The notes beneath the pieces are model-generated. The model ran no database searches. It saw only the letters and a program-made list of their open reading frames with translations, and was not told the DNA's origin. The translations under genes and the position numbers were made by a program. From NCBI GenBank assembly GCA_039744215.1, contig JBCJTT010000007.1:5598-69597 (forward strand): a stretch of DNA of 64,000 nt, given 5' to 3'. The DNA is from Solirubrobacteraceae bacterium. Its GTDB lineage: Bacteria > Actinomycetota > Thermoleophilia > Solirubrobacterales > Solirubrobacteraceae. This document shows, in pieces, positions 18,491 to 28,038 of this stretch (position 1 is the first letter of the stretch; each line of letters starts with the position of its first letter).

Positions 18491-20269
18491 CTAGTCAACG
18501 CCAGGTGGTGGTGCCAGCGACTTGATTGCGAGGTCGCGCAGCTGCCGTGCGTCGGCCGGCGCCGGCGCGCCGGTAAGCGGGTCTGAACCACTGGCTGTCT
18601 TCGGAAAGGCGATCACATCGCGGATCGATTCGCGGCCGCAGACCAAGGCAACGATCCGGTCAATCCCAAAGGCGATGCCGCCGTGCGGCGGTGCACCGTA
18701 CTGCAGCGCGTCGAGCAGAAAGCCAAAGCGCGCCTGCGCCTCAGCCGGATCGAGCCCAATCGCCTCGAACACGCGAGACTGAAGCTCCGGCGTGTTGATA
18801 CGGATCGAGCCGCCGCCAAGCTCAACCCCGTCGACGACCAGGTCGTAGGCGCGTGAGCGCAGCGACGCCGGATCCTCAAGGTCGCCCTGCGGCGCCGTAA
18901 ACGGGTGATGGAGCGCCGTCAGTCCGCCGCTCTGGGCGTCGGCTTCAAACATTGGGAAGTCGACAACCCAGCAGGCGGCGTGTTCAGCCTCGTTGATCAG
19001 CCCAAACCGCTGGCCGAGGTCGAGCCGCAGCGCGCCGATCGCCGCCGCGGCGACCGGTTCGCTGTCGGCGACGAAGCAGAGTAGGTCGCCGTCAGCGGCG
19101 CCAAGCTGGGCATTGACTGCGTTGATCTGCTCGGCGCTAAAGAACTTCGCCAGGTTGCCGCTCCAGCCACCGTCACCGGCGATGATCGGCGCGACCGCCT
19201 TGGCGCCGTGAACCTGAACAATCTCATTTAGTCCGTCAAGTTCAGAGCGCGACAACTCGCGCTGACCAGCGTTCAGTGCCCGCACAACGCCGCCGCCGGA
19301 TAGCACCGACTCAAAGACCTTGAACTCAGAACCGCGCAGCTGCTCACTGACGTCACTGATCTCCATTCCGAAGCGCAGGTCGGGGCAGTCACTGCCGAAT
19401 CGAAGCATTGCCTCGTCGTAAGGCAGCCGCGGCCACGGCGCCGGCACCAGCGCAAAGCCGGTCGCTCCAAAGGCCGCCGTAATCGCCGCCTCGCTCAACT
19501 CGATTACGTCGTCTTCAGCGACGAACGCCATCTCAATATCAAGCTGCGTGAACTCTGGCTGACGGTCGGCGCGCAGGTCCTCATCACGGAAGCAACGGGC
19601 AATCTGGAAGTAGCGCTCATAGCCAGCGATCATCAGCAACTGCTTGAAGAGCTGCGGCGACTGCGGCAGCGCGTACCAGTCGCCAGGGTTCATCCGGCTT
19701 GGCACTAGAAAGTCGCGTGCTCCCTCCGGCGTCGACTTTGTCAGGATCGGCGTCTCAATCTCAAGGAAATCACGCTGGACGAGCTGATCGCGCAACGTCT
19801 GCGTGATCAGCGCGCGCGTGATCATCGACTGCTGCATCGCTTCGCGGCGCAGATCAAGCCAGCGGTAACGCAGCCGCGTCGTCTCGTCGACCGGGCCGTC
19901 GTCGTCGATCGCAAACGGCGGCGTTTTACTGTGCGCCAGCGCCTCAGCGTCGGCCACTTCCAGCTCGACCGTGCCGGTTGCCATCTCGGCGTTGACGTTC
20001 GCAACGCCGCGCTCGATCAGCGCGCCGCTGGCACTGATCACGTGCTCAGGTCGCAGCGCCTCGGCCAGAGCAAACAGCTCGGCGCCGCGGTCTGGATGAA
20101 AGACGAGCTGCAGCAGACCGGAGCGGTCCCGCAGGTCGATGAAGATCAAGCCGCCGTGATCACGGCGCCGGTGGACCCAGCCGGCGACGCGGACCTGCCG
20201 GCCAACCTCAGCTTCGCCGAGCTCGCCGCACCAGCTGTCGCGGTACTCGTTCGCAGACGGCGGGCGCAT
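18491..20269 (-). CDS. aspS: aspartate--tRNA ligase
   Basis: 592 aa. OB-fold N-terminus and class IIb motifs (FRDEDLRADRQPEFTQLD, GGGSIR). Confidence 0.95.
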   Translation of the reverse strand: MRPPSANEYRDSWCGELGEAEVGRQVRVAGWVHRRRDHGGLIFIDLRDRSGLLQLVFHPDRGAELFALAEALRPEHVISASGALIERGVANVNAEMATGTVELEVADAEALAHSKTPPFAIDDDGPVDETTRLRYRWLDLRREAMQQSMITRALITQTLRDQLVQRDFLEIETPILTKSTPEGARDFLVPSRMNPGDWYALPQSPQLFKQLLMIAGYERYFQIARCFRDEDLRADRQPEFTQLDIEMAFVAEDDVIELSEAAITAAFGATGFALVPAPWPRLPYDEAMLRFGSDCPDLRFGMEISDVSEQLRGSEFKVFESVLSGGGVVRALNAGQRELSRSELDGLNEIVQVHGAKAVAPIIAGDGGWSGNLAKFFSAEQINAVNAQLGAADGDLLCFVADSEPVAAAAIGALRLDLGQRFGLINEAEHAACWVVDFPMFEADAQSGGLTALHHPFTAPQGDLEDPASLRSRAYDLVVDGVELGGGSIRINTPELQSRVFEAIGLDPAEAQARFGFLLDALQYGAPPHGGIAFGIDRIVALVCGRESIRDVIAFPKTASGSDPLTGAPAPADARQLRDLAIKSLAPPPGVD

Positions 20270-21528
20270 CAGGCGATCCTCCGGCCGCGCAGCACTGCGG
20301 CGATTACCTGATCAACGCCGTCGAAGGCTGTCTGCTCGCCGCTCTCACGGTCCTTCAGCTCAATCCGATTGTCGCCAACGACGGCGATGTAGCGGGCGTC
20401 AAGGCGGTCGGCGTGCTTGAGCTGGCCCTTGATCGAGCGGCCGGCCAGCTCGATCTGCGTTGGGATCCCGGCGCGGCGGGCCGAGTTGCTGAGGGCAAAA
20501 CCACTGATCCGGGTTGCCTCGCTGTCGTCGCCGAGCGCAACGAACAGCAGCGTCAGCGGCTGCGGTTCGGGGCGATGCTCAGCGACCAGCAGGATTCGGT
20601 CAATCCCTGCCGCCCAGCCGACGCCCGGAGTTGGCGGTCCGTAAATCTGCTCGGCCAGACCGTCGTAGCGACCGCCGCCGCCAACGCCGCTCTGAGCGCC
20701 GAGCGCGTCGGAGCTGAACTCAAAGACCGTTCGCGCGTAGTAATCGAGCCCACGCACCAAGCTTGCGTCGACCACGTAAGGCAGCTCAATAGCGTCAAGC
20801 AGTGCCCTGACCTGCGCGAAGTGATCTAGGTCTTCCTGATCAAGGTGGTCGAGCAGCAGCGGCGCTCCGGCCATCACTGCCCGTGTGTCCTCGTCAGCGG
20901 CGTCAAAGGCGCGCAGTGGGTTCAGCTCAATCCGGGCGCGAACATCTTCGGCTAGTCGATCCTCGTTATCACGCAGGTAGCTTTTCAGCAGCTCGCGGTA
21001 GCGCTCACGCGCGGCCGCGCCGCCGAGGCTGCCGATCCGTAGCTGCAAGCCACCAACACCGAGCTGCTCGAGCACGGTCGCCAGAAGAGCAATCGATTCG
21101 CCGTCAACGGCCGGGTCGTCGGAGCCGATTGCCTCAGCGCCAACCTGCCAAAACTGGCGGTAGCGGCCCTTCTGGGCGCGCTCGTACCTGAAGCAACTCG
21201 ACAGGTACCAGAGCTTGACCGGCTGGGGCAGCTTGTGCATTCCGTGCTGCAGGTAGGCGCGGACGATTGGCGCCGTCAGCTCGGGCCTCAGCGTCAACGA
21301 ACGGCCGCCGCCGTCGGTGAACGTGTACATCTCCTTCTGGACGATGTCGGTCGCTTCGCCGACGCTGCGCGTGAACAGCTCGGTCGACTCAAAGGCCGGT
21401 GTTTCAATCCTCTGGTAACCGGCACTCTCGAGCACCGAACGGGCGACCTTCTCAACCGCCAGACGCAGCGGCGCCTGCTGGGGGAGGATGTCGAATGTGC
21501 CACGCGGCGACTGAATCTGCTCGCTCAT
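20269..21528 (-). CDS. hisS: histidine--tRNA ligase
   Basis: 419 aa. Motifs RGTFD, RYERAQKGRYRQF, RGLDYY and GGGRYD. Confidence 0.95.
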   Translation of the reverse strand: MSEQIQSPRGTFDILPQQAPLRLAVEKVARSVLESAGYQRIETPAFESTELFTRSVGEATDIVQKEMYTFTDGGGRSLTLRPELTAPIVRAYLQHGMHKLPQPVKLWYLSSCFRYERAQKGRYRQFWQVGAEAIGSDDPAVDGESIALLATVLEQLGVGGLQLRIGSLGGAAARERYRELLKSYLRDNEDRLAEDVRARIELNPLRAFDAADEDTRAVMAGAPLLLDHLDQEDLDHFAQVRALLDAIELPYVVDASLVRGLDYYARTVFEFSSDALGAQSGVGGGGRYDGLAEQIYGPPTPGVGWAAGIDRILLVAEHRPEPQPLTLLFVALGDDSEATRISGFALSNSARRAGIPTQIELAGRSIKGQLKHADRLDARYIAVVGDNRIELKDRESGEQTAFDGVDQVIAAVLRGRRIA

Positions 21529-22190
21529 GACGGGCTTGGGAGGTCCTGCATGAAGGGGTTTGTCGCGCGTTCTTGGCCGATCGTCGTGATCCCCATGTGG
21601 CCCGGCAGCACCGGCGTCTCGTCGGCAAAGGTCTCGGCCAGCATCGCCAACGACTTCATCAGCTCGCCGTGATCGGCGCCTGGCAGGTCGGTCCGTCCAA
21701 CTGAGCCTTGGAAGAGCACGTCGCCACTGGCCAGCACGTAGCCGCCGTTCGGATCATCAGGGTCGCAGAAGGCGTATGTGACGTGGCCGGGACTGTGGCC
21801 GGGCGTAAAGAAAACCTCGATCTCAAAGCCGGCGAGGTCAAGCCGCTCGCCGCCGCCGACGAACTCCTCGGCCTGCCAGTTTTCATACGGGCCAATCCCC
21901 TCCCATGGAACGTAAGTCATGATGTCGGCCAGCACGTGACCTTCAAGTTCGGGGCAGTAAACCGGCGCGCCGGTCACACGGGCGATCGGCGCAACAGCGC
22001 CGACGTGGTCGAAGTGGGTGTGCGTAAGCAGGATTGCCTCAAGCTCGACGCCGAGCGCCTCAATCGCTTCAAGAATCCGTTCGGCTTCCTCCCCCGGATC
22101 GATCAGCAGCGCGCTCTTGGCGTCAGGCCCGCTGCGCAGCAGGTAGCAGTTCTCCTGCACCGGCCCGACCGTCAACACCTGAATCTCCAC
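21525..22190 (-). CDS. MBL-fold metallo-hydrolase (glyoxalase II-like)
   Basis: 221 aa. LLTHTHFDHVG metal-binding motif. ATGA overlap with hisS. Confidence 0.8.
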   Translation of the reverse strand: MEIQVLTVGPVQENCYLLRSGPDAKSALLIDPGEEAERILEAIEALGVELEAILLTHTHFDHVGAVAPIARVTGAPVYCPELEGHVLADIMTYVPWEGIGPYENWQAEEFVGGGERLDLAGFEIEVFFTPGHSPGHVTYAFCDPDDPNGGYVLASGDVLFQGSVGRTDLPGADHGELMKSLAMLAETFADETPVLPGHMGITTIGQERATNPFMQDLPSPS

Positions 22191-22193
22191 GCC

Positions 22194-22568
22194 TTAGCGC
22201 TTCCCCTGCTTGCCGCCGGCGTCCTTCGCCAGTCGCCGTTGGTAGAGCCAGCGGTCGGTGTAGTAGCTGAGCGGCACGTAGAACAGCAGCATCACGCCGC
22301 CGACTGGAAGCGTCGTATTGACCGGCTGCTTGAGCAGCAATATGAGGACGGCGGAAAAGATGACAACAGCGATCACGGAGCGGTTGAGGGCGCCGCGCCA
22401 ACTGGGCTTCCGCAGCGCCCTGACCGAAGATTTGCCTGCGCCGGCGGCCTTCTTGTTCTTCGCCTGTTCGCGCTCGCTCAGTTTGCGGCCGGTGCGGCCA
22501 CGCGTCTCGACGATGCCTGCAGCATTGCCGCGATGCTTGGAGCTGCGCCTCTTCTTTGGCTGAGCCAT
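22194..22568 (-). CDS. hypothetical membrane protein with highly basic N-terminus
   Basis: 124 aa. Lys/Arg-rich first 60 aa, then two TM helices. No family recognised. Confidence 0.45.
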   Translation of the reverse strand: MAQPKKRRSSKHRGNAAGIVETRGRTGRKLSEREQAKNKKAAGAGKSSVRALRKPSWRGALNRSVIAVVIFSAVLILLLKQPVNTTLPVGGVMLLFYVPLSYYTDRWLYQRRLAKDAGGKQGKR

Positions 22569-22573
22569 TGTGG

Positions 22574-23455
22574 TTAGAAGCCTAGAGCGTCCTCAAGCGT
22601 CGCCCGGTTGCGGCAGCGAAGCCCGTCCGGGAAGCCGTCAAAGGCGGCTCGCGGCGCCAGCCCGACCAGCTCCGCCTCGGCCACCACGGCGCGGCGACTG
22701 ACGGCGGCGACAACCTCGGCAAGGCTTAGCGCGCGGTGGTCTTCGATATTCATCGAAACCTGCGCGACGCCAGCGCGGCCTGGAAGTTCGAGGCCGATCG
22801 CCTTCAGCCCCGGCAGCCCGTCCTCGCCGCCCTCGCGCAGCTGCGCCGCGATCAGCTTGGCGTCGGCAAGCGTGGCGGGCGCTGCGAGCTCCAAATTGAA
22901 GGCAACCAGCGGTGGTCGCGCCGCCACCAGGGTGAACCCTTTAGCGCCGTCGGCCGTCGCCGGGCCGAAGTCGGGGCTGAGCTCGCCGGCGGCTATTCGA
23001 CCGCTCAACGCTGCGCCTCCGCCGCGGCGCAGCTCGGCCCGCGTGCGCCCCTGCGCAAGCACTCCGTAAAGAAAGACCGGAACGCCGAGCTGACTGCCGA
23101 TCAACCCCGCCGCGACCAAGGCTTCGGCCATCGCCGGCCCACGCCGCTCGTCATCAAGGAAGACAACAGGCACGACATCAACGACGCCAACCTGCGGGTG
23201 GGCACCGCTGTGGCTCGCAAGCGTGACGCGTTCTAGTGCGACACGGGCACCGGCCAGCAGCGATCCGGCGAGCTCTCCGGGCTGGCCGGCCAGCGTGAAG
23301 ACCGAGCGGCCGTGGTCGGGGTCGCTGTGCGGATCGGCCAGCAACCTTGTCTGGCCGGTCTCGAACGCTGCCCCAATCGCTTCCAGCGCCTTGTTGTCAA
23401 CGGCCTCGGAAATGTTCGGCACGGCCGTCAGTAACGTTTTCGGATCCAAAGGCAC
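22574..23455 (-). CDS. glutamate formimidoyltransferase-like protein
   Basis: 293 aa. N-terminal AVPNISE resembles the ECVPNFSEG start of the formiminotransferase domain. Two-subdomain length fits. Confidence 0.6.
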   Translation of the reverse strand: MPLDPKTLLTAVPNISEAVDNKALEAIGAAFETGQTRLLADPHSDPDHGRSVFTLAGQPGELAGSLLAGARVALERVTLASHSGAHPQVGVVDVVPVVFLDDERRGPAMAEALVAAGLIGSQLGVPVFLYGVLAQGRTRAELRRGGGAALSGRIAAGELSPDFGPATADGAKGFTLVAARPPLVAFNLELAAPATLADAKLIAAQLREGGEDGLPGLKAIGLELPGRAGVAQVSMNIEDHRALSLAEVVAAVSRRAVVAEAELVGLAPRAAFDGFPDGLRCRNRATLEDALGF

Positions 23456-23504
23456 GGCCCGACCTTACTTTGGCGGCGCTGCGGCGCGGTCGCCCGGGGC
23501 GCGG

Positions 23505-24320
23505 TCAGCGGTCGAAGCGGCGCAGCTGCCGCAGCGCCAAGAGCCCAAAGATAAGCGCCATACCGGCCAGCGCGAGCAGCCCCGGCCAGGTGTGCGCCCA
23601 GCTCGGTTCGATCCCCGAAACCGTTGCCTGACGACCCATCTGAAGCACGTAGGTGAGGGGGTTATAGGGAGCAACGGCGCCCAACCAACCTTTCAGGTAC
23701 GGCAGTGGCGTGTAGGCGGTGGAGAGGAAGACGGCAATGAAGACGCCGTTCTGAATCAACGGCCCGACCTGCTGGCTGCGGGCGCGCAGCGCCAAGGTAA
23801 TCCCCCAAAGTGAGGCCACAACGCTGAACGAAACAGCGGCGAGGAAGAGGATCAGCAGCCCGTACAGCCCGCCGGTCAAGCCGGGCCCGATCAGCAGCCC
23901 AACGCTAAGAATTACCGTTGTCGGAACAAGCGACCGCGTCATCGCCGCCATCACCGGGCCAAGGATCAGTAGCGGCCGCGGCGCCGGTGAACTAAGCAGC
24001 CGGTCAAACCATCCGGCCTCGATGTCGCGTGCCAAGTTGGCACCCGTTGCGCCGCCGGCGAAGCCCGCACCTTGCAGGCAGGAGAGCGGGATCAGCCAGG
24101 CGATGTAGGAGGTCGTCGGGAAGTCCGCCAGCTGATCGAGGCCGCCGAACTGGCCGAGGTTGCCGAGCATGAAGATCATCGGCGCGACGATTGTCGGCAG
24201 CAGGCCGCCGCGAACCCGCGCCAGCTCTAGCAGCGAGCGGCGCCACAGCGCAATTCCGACACCGCCGACGTAGAGCGCGCCTCGGGTGCTCACGCCTTCA
24301 CCCGCGAGCGCATTGCCCAA
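23505..24320 (-). CDS. ABC-2 type exporter permease
   Basis: 271-aa six-TM protein downstream of a DrrA-like ATPase and a paralogous permease. Confidence 0.75.
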   Translation of the reverse strand: MGNALAGEGVSTRGALYVGGVGIALWRRSLLELARVRGGLLPTIVAPMIFMLGNLGQFGGLDQLADFPTTSYIAWLIPLSCLQGAGFAGGATGANLARDIEAGWFDRLLSSPAPRPLLILGPVMAAMTRSLVPTTVILSVGLLIGPGLTGGLYGLLILFLAAVSFSVVASLWGITLALRARSQQVGPLIQNGVFIAVFLSTAYTPLPYLKGWLGAVAPYNPLTYVLQMGRQATVSGIEPSWAHTWPGLLALAGMALIFGLLALRQLRRFDR

Positions 24321-25090
24321 ACGGCCAGCGCACAGGTCAGCAGGACCGAGCCGGCGGCCGCCAGCAGCCCTCCCCAGACGCTGCCCAGAGCCGGGCTGTC
24401 AAACAACGCCGCGCGCATCCCTTCAACTACGTAGCTGAGCGGGTTCCAGTCGGCAATACTCTTCAGCATCGGGTTCAGCAGGGCACGCGGAAGGAAGGCC
24501 GGCGCTGTGAACAGCAGAACGAAGACGAACGGGAAGAGGTTCTGCATCAGCGACAGCGAGCCGGTGCGCAGCGCAATCGTGGCCCCCAGCCCGGCCGCGG
24601 CCGAGGCGCTCAGCGCTGCGAGCACGATCACGATCAGCACACCGCCGATGCCGCCATCGAAGTCAGCCCCCATCAGTAGTGCCACAGAGAGGAACAGAAC
24701 AGCCTGAACGGCTCCGATTAAGGAGGTCCCAAGGACGCGGCCAAGGACCAGGCTGGCGCGGTGTACAGGCGCCGACAGCAGACGATCAAAGAAGCCTCCC
24801 TCAATGTCGCTGGCCATCGCAATGCCGGCCATCAAGCCGGCCAGCAGTGTTCCCTGCATGATCGTGCCGCTGACAACGAAGCCAACGTACGACCCTGTTG
24901 CCGGGAAGCCGGGCAGCTGCTGCGCCGCTGAGGTGCCGCTGGCAACGACGGCGAGCAGCAGCAGTGGCAGCAGAAACGATGGCAGCAGGAACTGGGCGCG
25001 GCGGAGCTGGACTCGCAGCGCCCGCTGCGCCAGCGCAACGATTACGCGCCCTTGCGTCGCGAGGTCGCGTTCTAGCGCGAACTCGCTCAC
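24290..25090 (-). CDS. ABC-2 type exporter permease
   Basis: 266-aa six-TM protein. Overlaps both the ATPase gene end and the next permease start. Confidence 0.75.
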   Translation of the reverse strand: MSEFALERDLATQGRVIVALAQRALRVQLRRAQFLLPSFLLPLLLLAVVASGTSAAQQLPGFPATGSYVGFVVSGTIMQGTLLAGLMAGIAMASDIEGGFFDRLLSAPVHRASLVLGRVLGTSLIGAVQAVLFLSVALLMGADFDGGIGGVLIVIVLAALSASAAAGLGATIALRTGSLSLMQNLFPFVFVLLFTAPAFLPRALLNPMLKSIADWNPLSYVVEGMRAALFDSPALGSVWGGLLAAAGSVLLTCALAVWAMRSRVKA

Positions 25091-26076
25091 TGCGCTGAGT
25101 CCTGCGGCTCTTCTTCGGCCGGGTGGCCGGTGACGGCGAGGAAGACGTCATCAAGCGTTGGCTCCTCAACCTCGACCGCGTCAAGCTCGATCCGACCCTC
25201 GTCGAGCGTGCGAACGATCGGCGCGATCGCGCGCGCGCCGAGCGCCGTGCGGATCGTTAGCCCACCGGCGCGGCGGTCGCTGACGGCGCCGTGAACAGCG
25301 AGCAGGCCGCGCGCCAGTTCGGTCTGCGACTCGTCGACTAGCTTCACATAGATCCCAGGCTCACCAACCAGTCGGCCAAGCTCCTGCGGCGTCCCCTCGG
25401 CAACCAGTCGGCCGTGATCGATGATCCCAACACGGTCGGCGAGCTGCTCGGCCTCCTCGAGATACTGCGTTGTCAGAAAGATCGTTGTTCCGTCATCGTT
25501 GAGCGCCTTCAGCTCCTGCCAGAGGGTGGCCCGACTTACCGGGTCCAGACCGGTCGTCGGCTCGTCGAGGAACAGCACGCTTGGCCGGTGAACCAACGCC
25601 ATCGCCAGGTCGAGCCGGCGGCGCATGCCGCCGGAATAGGTTCCCAGCAGGCGGTCGGCCGCAGCGACAAGGTCGACCCGCTCCAACAACTCGGTCGCGC
25701 GTAGCCGCGCCTCGGCGCGCTTGAGGCCGTGCAGTGCGCCCTGTAGCGCCAGCAACTCGCGGCCGGTCATCAGCGGATCGAGTGCCGCCTCCTGAAGGGC
25801 GACGCCGATCGAGCGGCGCACCTGCGGCGCTTCGCGCACAAGGTCATAGCCGGCAACGCTCGCGCGGCCGCCGGTCGGCCGCAGCAGCGTCGTCAGGATC
25901 CGAACAGTTGTCGATTTGCCGGCGCCGTTCGGCCCGAGAAATCCATAGATTTCGCCGGCGGCGACTTCCAAGTTAACGCCGTCAACGGCCTTCAACCCGC
26001 CGGGGTAGACACGTTCCAGCTGCTCGACGACGATCGCCGCCGAACCGTCGGTCGTGCCGCGTGCGGCCCCGCCCAT
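25087..26076 (-). CDS. ABC transporter ATP-binding protein (DrrA-like)
   Basis: Walker A GPNGAGKST, signature YSGGMRRRL and Walker B VLFLDEPTTGLD. Start placed at the ATG at 26076. A GTG at 26151 that overlaps the MFS stop is an alternative. Confidence 0.85.
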   Translation of the reverse strand: MGGAARGTTDGSAAIVVEQLERVYPGGLKAVDGVNLEVAAGEIYGFLGPNGAGKSTTVRILTTLLRPTGGRASVAGYDLVREAPQVRRSIGVALQEAALDPLMTGRELLALQGALHGLKRAEARLRATELLERVDLVAAADRLLGTYSGGMRRRLDLAMALVHRPSVLFLDEPTTGLDPVSRATLWQELKALNDDGTTIFLTTQYLEEAEQLADRVGIIDHGRLVAEGTPQELGRLVGEPGIYVKLVDESQTELARGLLAVHGAVSDRRAGGLTIRTALGARAIAPIVRTLDEGRIELDAVEVEEPTLDDVFLAVTGHPAEEEPQDSAQ

Positions 26077-26150
26077 CGCGATTTTGTCTGACCTACTCAC
26101 GCGCCTGACCCTAGCCGTCGATCGGCAAAACCAGCTGCGATTGGGCGCCA

Positions 26151-27386
26151 CTAGAGCATCGTCGCCTCACCGCTCTGCGTCGCGGCAGCCGGGTGGACTT
26201 GGCGCAGATAACGCGACCGCAGCCAGGCAGCGACCGTTGCCAGCAGCAGTGAGAGGACGGCGGCGGCAAAAAAGATTGCGCTGAAGTGGCCGGCGTCGGC
26301 CAACGGAGCAGCGCCAGCGCTGGCGACAGCGCCGCCGACAAAGACCGACGCTGCGAAGAACGAGACCGTTACGGCGCGGGCGCCAGGGTTGACCTGCGTC
26401 GCCCAGAGCTGCATCGTCGGGTGAAAAAAGCCAAAGCCTGCGCCGAGCGCCAGGGAAGCGATGACGGCTGTCGGGACGACAGTGTCGCTGGCGGCCGTCA
26501 GCAGCCCTAGCGCGGCAAGCGCCGAGCCGCCAGCGATCAGCGTCGCCGAGGCAAAGCGTTTGATCGCCCTTGTGACTAGCGGCACGCAAAGGACATTGGC
26601 GATGCCAAAGCCTGCCGCAGCCGATCCGGCAATCGCAGCGCCCACCCCCTGCTTCTGGAGCGACGCCGAGATGAAGGTAAGCGAACCCAGAATCACCGCT
26701 CCCTCAACGAAGGCGATTCCCAACACGACCAGCACCCAGCGTTGGCGCAACACGGCGCGCGCGGTTCTGGCAAAACCGTGCGCGGACTGCGCCCGCCGCG
26801 GCTCCGGCAGCCGCGCGATCGCAAACGACACGGCAAGCGCCAACAGCGAGGAGACAACAAACGCTGCTCGCCAGCTGATCAGCTGTGCGCAGAGACCACC
26901 GACGATCGTTGCCGCGGCAATGCCAGCCGACGCCGCGGCGATCGTCAGCGTCAGCGCGTGCTGACGGTTGCCCTCGTCAACCGTGTCGCCGATGTAGGTG
27001 ACGGCGGTCGGCACGATCGCCGCGAACAGCACGCCGCCAAGCGTGCGCGCCACCAGCAAGACCGCAAAGCTCGGCGCCGCCGCAGCAACCAGGCAACAGA
27101 CTCCGCCGGCGATGACCGACAGGCGAATCACGGCAACGCGGCCAAAGCGGTCGGACGCCGCACCCCAGAACGGCTGACTCAACCCGTAGGCGACGAAGTA
27201 GAAGCTCGCAACGAGCGCCGCCGTTCCAAGCGGGATGTCAAACGCTTGATGGATCGGCACGAGCAGCGGCGGGATCGTAAATCGATCGAAGCTCGAAAGG
27301 AACGTTGCGGCCTGCAGGCGGCGCAGGACGGCTGGAGTGTTGGCAAGCACGAGGCCCAAAGCTAACGGCCGCCCACTGTCGGCCAC
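26151..27386 (-). CDS. MFS transporter
   Basis: 411 aa, about 12 TM helices, with an MFS loop motif like GAASDRFGR. Confidence 0.8.
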   Translation of the reverse strand: MADSGRPLALGLVLANTPAVLRRLQAATFLSSFDRFTIPPLLVPIHQAFDIPLGTAALVASFYFVAYGLSQPFWGAASDRFGRVAVIRLSVIAGGVCCLVAAAAPSFAVLLVARTLGGVLFAAIVPTAVTYIGDTVDEGNRQHALTLTIAAASAGIAAATIVGGLCAQLISWRAAFVVSSLLALAVSFAIARLPEPRRAQSAHGFARTARAVLRQRWVLVVLGIAFVEGAVILGSLTFISASLQKQGVGAAIAGSAAAGFGIANVLCVPLVTRAIKRFASATLIAGGSALAALGLLTAASDTVVPTAVIASLALGAGFGFFHPTMQLWATQVNPGARAVTVSFFAASVFVGGAVASAGAAPLADAGHFSAIFFAAAVLSLLLATVAAWLRSRYLRQVHPAAATQSGEATML

Positions 27387-27412
27387 CAGCCGTTCGCTAC
27401 GATCAGCGCCCC

Positions 27413-27486
27413 GCCGGAGTAGCTCAGCTGGTTAGAGCAGCGGAATCATAATCCGCGTGTCGGGGGTTCGAGTCCCTCCTCCGGCA
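27413..27486 (+). tRNA. tRNA-Met (anticodon CAT; an Ile2/lysidine identity cannot be excluded)
   Basis: Hand-folded 74-nt cloverleaf. Acceptor GCCGGAG/CTCCGGC, D arm GCTC-AGCTGGTTA-GAGC, anticodon arm GCGGA-ATCATAA-TCCGC, variable GTGTC, T arm GGGGG-TTCGAGT-CCCTC, discriminator A. The G1:C72 pair argues against an initiator. CCA is not encoded. Confidence 0.85.
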
Positions 27487-27488
27487 TC
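27440..27488 (+). repeat. attL-like direct repeat (3' half of tRNA-Met plus 2 nt)
   Basis: GCGGAATCATAATCCGCGTGTCGGGGGTTCGAGTCCCTCCTCCGGCATC. Matches 45042-45090 at 48 of 49 positions. Confidence 0.85.
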
Positions 27489-27826
27489 CGCTTTCTTCCT
27501 GCATGGCGGCTCCTTTCGACGGCGCGCTGGGTGCGCGCGGAGGGAGTCTAGAGGCGTTTGTGTCCCGGATGTGTCCCGAGGCACGCACCCGCAACGAGGC
27601 ACAGCTGATCATCGCGTTCGGCGATGAGGCGGCGGCGGCCTCGGTGACGGGCAAGAGCTGGCTCGCGGATGCGCTGCGTGCTTGAGACGTTCGCGTCATC
27701 GTCGTCGATCTCGGCCCCGAAGTTCGAGCAGGTCTCCTCGCTGCGCAAGCCCGTCAGGTCATGGTCAACCGGGTCGCCGACTCGACTAACTACAGCGGAC
27801 GCGTCTCCGAGACCGTGACAAGCCAC

Positions 27827-28038
27827 TCAGGCGTGCCGAACGGCGTCCTGGCTCGTATGCAACAGGCGCAGGTGACACGCGATGTGGATCACGATCACGA
27901 CGTCCTGTCGCGTGGCAGGACCATGCAAGCCGTGCGCAACTGCGTTCCTGAGGTTCACGCCTAGAGGATCGGTCAGCGCGTTTACGAGGTACCTTCGCCA
28001 CGATTCGTCCAGCCGTCCATGAAGGTCAACGAGGACCG
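27827..28038 (-). pseudogene. C-terminal fragment of a HEPN-motif (Rx4H) protein, abutting or disrupted by the IS
   Basis: The frame reads through the left IS inverted repeat. It contains LRNAVAHG (R-x4-H). No intact N-terminus remains, because upstream codons are antisense to the transposase. Confidence 0.3.
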
